DNA of 32,000 nucleotides from Vibrio vulnificus CMCP6 (GTDB lineage Bacteria; Pseudomonadota; Gammaproteobacteria; Enterobacterales; Vibrionaceae): NCBI RefSeq assembly GCF_000039765.1, contig NC_004459.3, positions 1,800,001 to 1,832,000 of the forward strand, read 5' to 3'. Shown piece by piece: positions 1 to 7,128 of this stretch (position 1 is its first letter; each line of letters starts with the position of its first letter). The notes under the pieces were generated by a model. It saw only the letters and a program-made list of their open reading frames with translations, ran no database searches and was not told where the DNA came from. The position numbers and the translations under genes were made by a program.

Positions 1-303
1 TTACCTATGGCCTCTGTGGCGGGCGATCGCACAATTTTCCCAATGGGGACACCGATCTTGGCGGAAGTGCCTTTGCTGAATGCGGACGGTACTTGGAGTG
101 GTGCGCATCAACTGCGTTTGTTGATCGTGCTCGATACCGGTGGCGCGGTAAAACAGAATCATCTCGACCTCTACCACGGAATGGGCCCACGAGCGGGCAC
201 CGAAGCGGGCCATTACAAACACTTTGGCCGCGTGTGGAAATTGGGCTTGGAAAACTCTCCAACGCAAGCGCCTTGGGCTTTGCCACCAGAAAAGCTACAA
301 TAG
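1..303 (+). CDS. mltA: Membrane-bound lytic murein transglycosylase A, C-terminal fragment (5' end lies outside the window)
   Basis: Frame 1 is open from base 1, with the stop at 301-303. The translation ...GDRTIFPMGTPILAEVPLL...LDTGGAVK..HLDLYHGMGP..AG...GRVW resembles the C-terminal region of E. coli MltA as I remember it. A position next to tcdA is the conserved neighbourhood. Confidence 0.85.
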   Translation, partial: LPMASVAGDRTIFPMGTPILAEVPLLNADGTWSGAHQLRLLIVLDTGGAVKQNHLDLYHGMGPRAGTEAGHYKHFGRVWKLGLENSPTQAPWALPPEKLQ

Positions 304-384
304 CGTTTCTCTATCTGGACATTTTGTTGAAGAGTGCGTATAAATCGCACTCTTTGTTTTTCTGGCGACTTTGGAATCATCACT

Positions 385-1194
385 ATGCGCGAACTTGATA
401 CTCCTGCTTCTGATAGCTACAACCAACGTTTTGGTGGTACGCGCCGTCTATACGGCAACAGCGAAGTCGAGATTCTTCGTGCAGCCCATGTCTGTGTGAT
501 TGGTATTGGAGGTGTTGGCTCTTGGGCGGTAGAAGCCCTTGCCCGCACAGGTATCGGCGAACTGACGCTCATCGATATGGATGACGTGTGTGTGACCAAT
601 ATTAACCGTCAAATTCATGCGATGACGGGAACAGTCGGCCAAAGCAAGATTGAAGTGATGGCAGAGCGCGTCAAACTCATTAATCCTGAGTGTAAAGTGA
701 ATCTGATTGACGATTTCATCACACCTGACAATCAACACGAATACCTCAGCAAAGAGTTTGATTATGTACTAGATGCTATTGACAGCGTCAAAGCGAAAGC
801 TTCTTTGCTGGCTTATTGTCGCAGTAACAAAATCAAAGTGATTACCGTTGGTGGTGCAGGGGGCCAAGTGGACCCGACACAAATCCAAGTGACGGATTTG
901 ACCAAAACAATCCAAGATCCACTGGCGAAGAAGATCAAGGATACCTTGCGTCGCCATCATAACTTTCCAAAAAATCCCGCACGAAAGTTTGGCATTGACT
1001 GTGTCTTTTCCACTGAGCAGCTAAAATACCCGCAAGCGGATGGTTCCGTTTGTAACGTAAAATCAACGGCAGAAGGTCCAAAACGCATGGATTGTGCCAG
1101 CGGTTTTGGTGCCGCGACGGTAGTGACCGCGACCTTTGGTTTTGTCGCGGTGGCGCGTATCGTTGAAAAGCTGATCCAAAAGCATAAAAACTAA
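385..1194 (+). CDS. tcdA: tRNA threonylcarbamoyladenosine dehydratase (ThiF/MoeB-family, TcdA/CsdL)
   Basis: The tracked ORF is 334-1194. I prefer the ATG at 385 (MRELDTP...), because TcdA homologues begin shortly before the conserved RFGGTxRLYG motif (here QRFGGTRRLYG). There is a Rossmann motif VIGIGGVGSW. It is adjacent to csdE. Confidence 0.85.
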   Translation: MRELDTPASDSYNQRFGGTRRLYGNSEVEILRAAHVCVIGIGGVGSWAVEALARTGIGELTLIDMDDVCVTNINRQIHAMTGTVGQSKIEVMAERVKLINPECKVNLIDDFITPDNQHEYLSKEFDYVLDAIDSVKAKASLLAYCRSNKIKVITVGGAGGQVDPTQIQVTDLTKTIQDPLAKKIKDTLRRHHNFPKNPARKFGIDCVFSTEQLKYPQADGSVCNVKSTAEGPKRMDCASGFGAATVVTATFGFVAVARIVEKLIQKHKN

Positions 1195-1274
1195 CTGCCT
1201 CTAATACCAAGCGGCTTTCTGACGCCGCTTTATGTCATCATCACCTTTAATCCTTATTGTGTAGGAGCCTAGCC

Positions 1275-1703
1275 ATGTCGAATTTGCCAGCCTCGCCATT
1301 TGGTAACGAGATTACCAGTGCGGACATCGTCGCAACCATGCAGCAATTCAAAGGTTGGGAAGACCGCTATCGCCAGGTGATTCAATGGGGTAAAAAATTG
1401 CCAGTGATGCCTGATGAATTGAAATCTGAGCAGGTTATGGTTGCAGGTTGCGAAAGCCAAGTTTGGTTAGTGGCAGAACAAGACGACGGAATGTGGACAT
1501 TTTGTGCCGACTCAGACGCGAGAATCGTTCGTGGTTTAATTGCTTTAGTCTTAGCTGCCTACAACGGTAAAACGGCAGAGCAGATCCAAGCCTTTGATAT
1601 TGAAGCCTACTTTGAGCAGTTAGGCTTAATTGCCCACTTGAGTCCGTCACGCGGCAATGGCCTTAAAGCGATTGTTGAGCAGATTAAAAATATCGCGAGC
1701 TAG
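1275..1703 (+). CDS. csdE: Cysteine desulfurase sulfur acceptor, SufE/CsdE family
   Basis: The tracked ORF is 1257-1703. The ATG at 1275 is preceded by AGGAG at 1263-1267. SufE-like motifs are present, including VAGCESQVWL with the acceptor Cys and a C-terminal LSPSRGNGL. Confidence 0.85.
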   Translation: MSNLPASPFGNEITSADIVATMQQFKGWEDRYRQVIQWGKKLPVMPDELKSEQVMVAGCESQVWLVAEQDDGMWTFCADSDARIVRGLIALVLAAYNGKTAEQIQAFDIEAYFEQLGLIAHLSPSRGNGLKAIVEQIKNIAS

Positions 1704-1843
1704 TTTAAGTTGTTGAAGGCGTAGCGAGCATCTATGTCGGTTTTCGCACGCCTGAACTGCTCTGACAATTCTGATTTTCCCCTCATTTTCTATCTCTATT
1801 CGTTCTCATCACTTTCGCTTTTGTGACGGCTTTCATTTGGCCT

Positions 1844-1937
1844 GTCATTCCCGCCTGCGCGGGAATGACGGATATAGAAAATGGCGAAATTTCTTACAGC
1901 CCTCACTTTTGCTCGTCATCCTCGCGAACGCGGGGAC
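1844..1937. repeat. Two related REP-like palindromic units
   Basis: Positions 1844-1869 form a perfect hairpin, GTCATTCCCGC-ctgc-GCGGGAATGAC (11-bp arms). Positions 1915-1937, GTCATCCTCGCGAACGCGGGGAC, are an imperfect relative sharing the GTCAT(T/C)C(C/T)CGC head. The tracked 62-aa ORF across them (1823-2011) reads like translated repeat DNA (..VIPACAGMT..). Confidence 0.6.
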
Positions 1938-2339
1938 CCATTTGTAAAAATATATCCACCGCTTTCTCTAACATAACAATCAAATTCTCTACGTATTCCA
2001 TGGTGTTATAAATATTATAAATTGCAATAGTGATATTCTTATATGCTTATTTAATGGTGCGAAGTAAGATTTTAATAGTATTTTAAATAGATTAAAAAAT
2101 CTAATTTTTTAATTGCATTTAAATTAGATGATGCTTTTTAAGCTTTTTCTGTTATAGGTTTTTCCTATTGAATAAATAGATAAGTTTAATTTAATTGAAT
2201 TGATTTTTTGGTCAACAATTGCGCGGTTAGATTTTTATCAATACACGATCTGGTCTGATGACACTTTTTGCTGTTTTGTTGATACTAGATGACGTGTTTT
2301 AAATCTTAATTATGAGATTATATAAAAGAAAGTTATTTA

Positions 2340-3965
2340 ATGGTTGATTTTATGAAAAATATAAAAACTAAACTGCTTGCTGTGCCTGCTATTTTTGTTT
2401 TAATTCTTTTAGTACTTTTTTTATTACAAGGAACTCTATTTAAAAATGTTAGAAATGCACTTGATGATATAGTCGTTGAGGTAAATACATTAGATAAAAT
2501 AAAAAAAATATCAGACTTGTACGCTGTCAATATCGTCGACTCATTTAATAAAAGAGTGGTGGGGATGATTGATCAAAAAGAACTCCTAAATAATATTGAA
2601 GTGGCACTTTATCAATCTTCTAAAATTATAGATGATATAAAGTCTGGTAATTTAGATGAAAAAGAATCATTACATATTAAAGAATATGAGGCTCTAACGG
2701 ATAAAGCAAGGTTGATTATAGAAAAGTATAGCTTAGATTATGATTTATACTCTGATAAGAATAAAATGATTAGTGATGTTTATAATGTAATAGAACCTCT
2801 ATCTAATGATCTAGAGAAGTTAATAAATATTCAAATAAAAACTGTATCTGTTATTGATGAAAGAGAAATGGAAAACATAAACAGCTTTGAATTTGTTTTT
2901 CTGATTGTGATAATATCTAGTGCAATATCTGTGTCTATTTTGTCGTACTTACTTACATCGAAAGAATTGAAGAACTTACCTATTATTGTTAGTTATATAA
3001 AATCACTTTCTACTGGGGATTTTAATAAAAGCATATCTGTAAAAGATAAAAAATCAAACAATGAGTTGGATTACATTGTTGATTCAATAGATAATTTGTA
3101 CTTGAGTCTTTGTCAAATCGCATCTAAGTCTGGGGAGTTGTCTCATGAATTAAGTGGATTTCAGGAAGATATATCTAAAGTGATTCAAGATAGTATGAAA
3201 AATGCGGAAGAAGAGTTCAGAGATATTGAACAAGTGGCTGCAGCAGCGAATGAATTATCAAGTACTGCCTCAGAAGTAGCACAGAGTGCTTTTAATGCAG
3301 AGAATTCTACTAAATCCAGTTTGGCCGTCGTAGAAAATAGCTCATTAATCTTATCTAAATATGCTTCTATCACTGAGGTGATCACCGGTTCATTTAAGGA
3401 AACAAGTCAAATAGTTAATGAACTGAGAAACCACTCTGAAAAAATTAGCACAGTGGTTGATGTTATAAATAATATATCTGAGCAGACAAATTTGTTGGCG
3501 TTAAATGCTGCAATTGAAGCAGCTAGGGCTGGAGAGCAAGGAAGGGGATTCGCTGTTGTTGCTGATGAAGTGCGTTCCTTAGCTGCAAAAACACAACAAT
3601 CAACAGTGGATATTCAGGCAATTATATCTAATTTGCAAACACAATCTAAGAATGCAGATGATCATATGCTAAAAAATGCACAAATGATGGATGAATCAAG
3701 AGAAATTGCTGAAGAGTTAAAAGTTGCATTTGAAGATATTTCTCAAAAAGTTAAAGAAATATCGGATATGAATACAATTGTTGCAACTGCTTCAGAAGAG
3801 CAGTCTTCTGTTACAGTTGAAATTTCTCAGAGAATAGATGGCATTAATTCCACTGTTAACTCAAACCTAAAGAATCTCGCAAGAACAGGGGATATAAATA
3901 GTAATATTTCTGATGTTACTAAAGAGCTAGATAGAGTTTTAAGATTTTTTAAGTTGAGTGCTTAA
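2340..3965 (+). CDS. Methyl-accepting chemotaxis protein (two TM segments, ~150-aa periplasmic helical sensor, HAMP, MA signalling domain)
   Basis: TM1 is [18 protein letters not shown] and TM2 is [26 protein letters not shown]-like segment follows TM2. The canonical hairpin-tip motif [35 protein letters not shown] lies at nt 3480-3584. An alternative start is the ATG at 2352 (MKNIKTK...). No C-terminal NWETF-type pentapeptide is present. Confidence 0.9.
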   Translation: MVDFMKNIKTKLLAVPAIFVLILLVLFLLQGTLFKNVRNALDDIVVEVNTLDKIKKISDLYAVNIVDSFNKRVVGMIDQKELLNNIEVALYQSSKIIDDIKSGNLDEKESLHIKEYEALTDKARLIIEKYSLDYDLYSDKNKMISDVYNVIEPLSNDLEKLINIQIKTVSVIDEREMENINSFEFVFLIVIISSAISVSILSYLLTSKELKNLPIIVSYIKSLSTGDFNKSISVKDKKSNNELDYIVDSIDNLYLSLCQIASKSGELSHELSGFQEDISKVIQDSMKNAEEEFRDIEQVAAAANELSSTASEVAQSAFNAENSTKSSLAVVENSSLILSKYASITEVITGSFKETSQIVNELRNHSEKISTVVDVINNISEQTNLLALNAAIEAARAGEQGRGFAVVADEVRSLAAKTQQSTVDIQAIISNLQTQSKNADDHMLKNAQMMDESREIAEELKVAFEDISQKVKEISDMNTIVATASEEQSSVTVEISQRIDGINSTVNSNLKNLARTGDINSNISDVTKELDRVLRFFKLSA

Positions 3966-3967
3966 TT

Positions 3968-4228
3968 ATGATTGATAATGTTTATTACAGAGTTATTTCA
4001 GAATCTTTGTGTGAAGAGATTATAAGTTATCTAGATAAAGAAAAGAAATTGGCATTAGGATTTATAGATAGAATAAATAATCCTAAAGATGTAGAAAAAA
4101 TAGTACTAGATCAAATTCAGCTTATAGAGTCTATTACTTTGGATTCTATAGTTCTATCCGATGAAAAAAGAGAGAAGTTAGAGAACAAAAAAAGGGAGTT
4201 TATCAGTGTATTGATTGGAAAGTTATAG
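3968..4228 (+). CDS. Hypothetical 86-aa protein (soluble, charged, probably helical; no motif recognised)
   Basis: The ATG lies 2 nt after the MCP stop. It shares the strand and AT-rich codon usage of its neighbours and ends 10 nt before the AraC-family start. It has no TM segment and one Cys. Confidence 0.55.
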   Translation: MIDNVYYRVISESLCEEIISYLDKEKKLALGFIDRINNPKDVEKIVLDQIQLIESITLDSIVLSDEKREKLENKKREFISVLIGKL

Positions 4229-4238
4229 AAGGTTATTT

Positions 4239-5045
4239 ATGAGCTCAGAACTATATACATTAGAAATAAAAAACAAATCTAAAGAAAAACTGATCAAGTA
4301 CTATAGTGATTACCCAAGCATCTTTTGGGTTAGGAAAGGTGAAAAGGTAATCTATAGAGATTTTACAAAAGATATTTTACCTCAATCCAGTGTTATGGTT
4401 TTGCCATCAAATAAATCACATTTTTTTAAGTTAACTTCTTCGTTTGGTGAGCATGAATCTCTAATTGTTAAATTTAACTACCATCCTGGATTTGATTTGA
4501 TTTCTAATAGTGAAAAATCAAATTATGGTAACCGAGATTTTATCTATGTTGATGATTCGATATTAAGTACTTTAGAGTTTCTTGTTAGAGTAAAACGGAC
4601 TAATGGGAGTGTAAAAACACAAAAAAATGCCATTAATGCATTTTATAGCGAACTTTCAGATTGCGGTTTATTACATAAATTATTTCCTCATAAAAGCGAA
4701 AAGTATAGTGAACGTTTGCATCGTTTCTTTGAATCAGATCCTCAAGGTAAACACTATATTAATGATACTTGTAATTCATTAGGGATTAGTAGAGCAACAT
4801 TAATAAGAAAGTTAAAGCTTGAGAATACGAAATATAGAGATGTATTGTCTTCATTTCGAATAAACAAAGCTATAGATATGATGAAAAGCGGTGACTTTAG
4901 TCTGTTGGATATTGCATTCTCATCTGGATTTCAGTCTTACGATACATTCAAGAAACACTTTTCAAATAAGATGGATGTTACACCTTTGGATTATTATAAG
5001 TACATAAGAAATGGTGAAAACTACCATAGAGGAGAAAAATTATGA
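4239..5045 (+). CDS. AraC-family transcriptional regulator, small AT-rich Rns/ToxT-like type
   Basis: The tracked ORF begins at a TTG at 4215. I prefer the ATG at 4239, which is preceded by AGAAGG at 4227-4232. The C-terminal dual HTH reads ...LGISRATLIRKLK...RINKAIDMMKSGDFSLLDIAFSSGFQSYDTFKKHFSNKMDVTPLDY. The ~165-aa N-terminal domain is cupin-like. Confidence 0.85.
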   Translation: MSSELYTLEIKNKSKEKLIKYYSDYPSIFWVRKGEKVIYRDFTKDILPQSSVMVLPSNKSHFFKLTSSFGEHESLIVKFNYHPGFDLISNSEKSNYGNRDFIYVDDSILSTLEFLVRVKRTNGSVKTQKNAINAFYSELSDCGLLHKLFPHKSEKYSERLHRFFESDPQGKHYINDTCNSLGISRATLIRKLKLENTKYRDVLSSFRINKAIDMMKSGDFSLLDIAFSSGFQSYDTFKKHFSNKMDVTPLDYYKYIRNGENYHRGEKL

Positions 5046-5257
5046 GTCTGAGTCGTGTAGATGAAACGTTTATTGCATCCAACGTTGTATCGGTGGAGGA
5101 CTTTTTAAAAACACCAGTATCCTTAGGAAAGTCTATTCACTGTACATGCCCAATTTTTACCTTGGATAATTACATTAGAAGACGATTAATTGAAATGGAT
5201 ATTCAAGTGCTCTCATTTTCTGATGGAAAGATACTTTACCCTCCCAATTTTTCATAA
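5042..5257 (+). CDS. Hypothetical 71-aa protein, translationally coupled to the AraC-family gene
   Basis: Its ATG overlaps the upstream TGA (ATGA at 5042-5045). A strong Shine-Dalgarno sequence, AGAGGAG at 5028-5034, lies 7 nt upstream. It contains an HCTCP motif. I recognise no family. Confidence 0.55.
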   Translation: MSLSRVDETFIASNVVSVEDFLKTPVSLGKSIHCTCPIFTLDNYIRRRLIEMDIQVLSFSDGKILYPPNFS

Positions 5258-5278
5258 GAGAAACATTGGTACCAGCTT

Positions 5279-5316
5279 AAAGAAGGATAATCAATATTTA
5301 TTGATTATCCTTCTTT
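5279..5316. terminator. Long perfect palindrome, likely a bidirectional terminator shared by the islet operon and csdA
   Basis: AAAGAAGGATAATCAATA-tt-TATTGATTATCCTTCTTT has 18-bp arms. It starts 22 nt after the 71-aa ORF stop and ends 1 nt before the csdA stop codon (5318-5320 on the minus strand). Confidence 0.6.
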
Positions 5317-5317
5317 C

Positions 5318-6529
5318 TTATAGTATCGATATTGCCGTTGTTAACGCTGAAATCAATTTCTCGACGTCTTGCATAGTGTTGTAAATGGCGAAAGAGACTC
5401 GGACGGTGCCTTTGACACCTAACGCATCCATGAGCGGATGAGCACAGTGATGGCCTGCTCGCACGGCGATACCTTGCTGATCGAGCAGCGTTGCAATGTC
5501 TTGATGGTGAACGCCATCCATGACAAAAGTAATCACCGATGCATTGTTTTGATATCCGATCACACGGATATCCTCCATCTCGCGCAGTGCACGGTATGTT
5601 GCTGATTGCAATTGGTGCAGGTGAGATTCCACTTCGTCTCGAGCAAAGCCTTGATACCACTCTATTGCCTTAGCAAGCGCAATGGCACCAGCGACATTGG
5701 GTGTTCCAGCTTCGAATTTCCCTGGCAGAGCCGAAAAGGTGGTTTTCTCAAACGACACTTTTTCCACCATCTTACCGCCTCCATGCCATGGCGGCATGGC
5801 TTCGAGCAGCGCCAGTTTGCCGTAAAGCACGCCAATTCCTGCCGGCGCATAGAGCTTGTGGCCGGAGAACACATAGAAATCGGCGTCCAGTGTGCGCATG
5901 TCGACAGGTTCGTGAACGATGCCTTGAGCGCCATCCACCACCACAATGGCACCGTGTTGATGGGCCAACTCGATGATGGACTCGATGGGTTGACGAGTGG
6001 CCGTGACGTTGGTGGTTTGAGCGACCGCAACAATCTTAACTCGCTCATTCATCAATGTTTTAAACGATTCGATGTCCAGTTGACAGTCGGCGGTCATGGG
6101 GATTTTGACCACTTTGGCGCCCGTCTGCTCTGCTACCATTTGCCAAGGTACAATATTGGCGTGATGCTCCATTTCGCTGACGAGAATTTCATCGCCAACT
6201 TGAAGGGTACTTCGGGCGTAAGTTTGAGCAATCAAATTGAGCGCTTCGGTTGCGCCACGTGTCCAAATAATCTCTTTACTGCTTTGTGCGCCAATAAAAT
6301 GAGCGACGCAGTCGCGTGCGGCTTCAAATTGACTGGTCGCACTGGCGGTCAAGCTATGGCTGCCACGGTGAACGTTCGCATTTTGGCTGCTGTAATACTG
6401 GGTGATTGCGTCAATCACACACTGCGGCTTTTGTGTTGTCGCGGCACTATCTAGATAAACCAGTTCGTTTTGATTGACTTGTTGCGCCAAGGCGGGAAAT
6501 TGTTGGCGAATGGCTTGAACGTCAAACAT
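5318..6529 (-). CDS. csdA: Cysteine desulfurase CsdA (class V aminotransferase, SufS/CsdA group)
   Basis: The 403-aa product reads MFDVQAIRQQFPAL...YLDSAATTQKP...FSGHKLYAPAGIGVLYGK (PLP lysine)...RAGHHCAHPL (active-site Cys). It is close to E. coli CsdA along its whole length as I remember that sequence. Confidence 0.9.
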   Translation of the reverse strand: MFDVQAIRQQFPALAQQVNQNELVYLDSAATTQKPQCVIDAITQYYSSQNANVHRGSHSLTASATSQFEAARDCVAHFIGAQSSKEIIWTRGATEALNLIAQTYARSTLQVGDEILVSEMEHHANIVPWQMVAEQTGAKVVKIPMTADCQLDIESFKTLMNERVKIVAVAQTTNVTATRQPIESIIELAHQHGAIVVVDGAQGIVHEPVDMRTLDADFYVFSGHKLYAPAGIGVLYGKLALLEAMPPWHGGGKMVEKVSFEKTTFSALPGKFEAGTPNVAGAIALAKAIEWYQGFARDEVESHLHQLQSATYRALREMEDIRVIGYQNNASVITFVMDGVHHQDIATLLDQQGIAVRAGHHCAHPLMDALGVKGTVRVSFAIYNTMQDVEKLISALTTAISIL

Positions 6530-7128
6530 TACTCTTCACCCAGTTTGTGGTAGTTGAGTACCGGTACCGTCACCATAGGCTCTGCTACTTGGCGCGCGTG
6601 CTGTTTGCCAGAAAGTAAAATAATAATTTCCATGGCAAATTCCAGCGCGGTGCCTGGCCCTTGGCTGGTAAGGAGATTGTGGTTCACATCGTAAGTAACG
6701 CGCTTAGGACGCCAGTTTTGCTCGCCGATATGAGACATAAAGTTTGGATGGCAAGTCATGATGGCTTTAGGGTAGAGATTGTGATGTTGCAAAACCAGTG
6801 CAGGGGCGGCGCAAATGGCAGCGACCAGTTTCCCTTCATACATATGCTGTTTTAACATCTCAATCAGAATTGGGCTATCGCGGAAGGTTTCTGCCCCCGC
6901 GACACCACCAGATAGTACAATGACGTCGAACTGTTCGTCGGCCACATCCACCAAACGACATTGTGCGCCGAGGATAACGCCACGAGAGGCTGTTAGGGTC
7001 AGCTTACCATCAAAATCGGCACTGGCTACCGTAACGTCGTAGCCAGCACGAGCCATCATATCGATGACCGTCACCGCTTCCATTTCCTCGGTACCGCAAG
7101 CAATAGGCACTAAGATTTTTTTATTCAT
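6529..7128 (-). CDS. yajL: DJ-1/PfpI family protein YajL (ThiJ-like)
   Basis: The 199-aa product reads ...GTEEMEAVTVIDMMARAG...AAICAAPA (nucleophile-elbow Cys)...LTSQGPGTALEF. Its stop overlaps the csdA ATG by 1 nt (TAATG). Its start overlaps the panE stop by 4 nt. Confidence 0.85.
   Translation of the reverse strand: MNKKILVPIACGTEEMEAVTVIDMMARAGYDVTVASADFDGKLTLTASRGVILGAQCRLVDVADEQFDVIVLSGGVAGAETFRDSPILIEMLKQHMYEGKLVAAICAAPALVLQHHNLYPKAIMTCHPNFMSHIGEQNWRPKRVTYDVNHNLLTSQGPGTALEFAMEIIILLSGKQHARQVAEPMVTVPVLNYHKLGEE

Larger units (their letters stand above)
1941..5316. other. Low-GC genomic islet (probable horizontally acquired cassette) between csdE and csdA
   Basis: Hand G+C counts are 17/60 at 2341-2400 and 16/60 at 4261-4320 inside the islet. 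Outside it they are 27/60 at 601-660 and 35/60 at 5401-5460. The boundaries are approximate. No mobility gene is present. Confidence 0.7.

Noticed and set aside
1209-1231. A hairpin, AAGCGGC-tttctgac-GCCGCTT, between tcdA and csdE that could be an internal terminator.
   Set aside because: The stem is short, the loop is 8 nt, and only a 3-T tail follows. csdE has its own good Shine-Dalgarno sequence about 45 nt downstream. The evidence is insufficient to call a terminator or attenuator.
1823-2011. A 62-aa ORF (MTAFIWPVIPACAGMT...) between csdE and the islet.
   Set aside because: It reads straight through the two REP-like palindromes and has no ribosome-binding site. The peptide looks like the translated-repeat artefact often mis-annotated as a hypothetical protein.
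2031-5325. A possible att-like direct repeat at the islet ends: TTCTTATA at about 2036-2043 and about 5314-5321, each with a nearby GATATT.
   Set aside because: An 8-mer in AT-rich sequence is expected by chance. There is no longer flanking identity and no integrase, so I do not regard it as evidence of site-specific integration.
5606-6454. A 282-aa ORF on the plus strand, the largest unexplained ORF in the track.
   Set aside because: It lies entirely antisense to csdA, whose product matches CsdA motif for motif. The antisense translation is Cys/Arg/His-rich, low-complexity-looking sequence with no recognisable motif and no Shine-Dalgarno sequence. It is a typical shadow ORF of a GC-rich gene.
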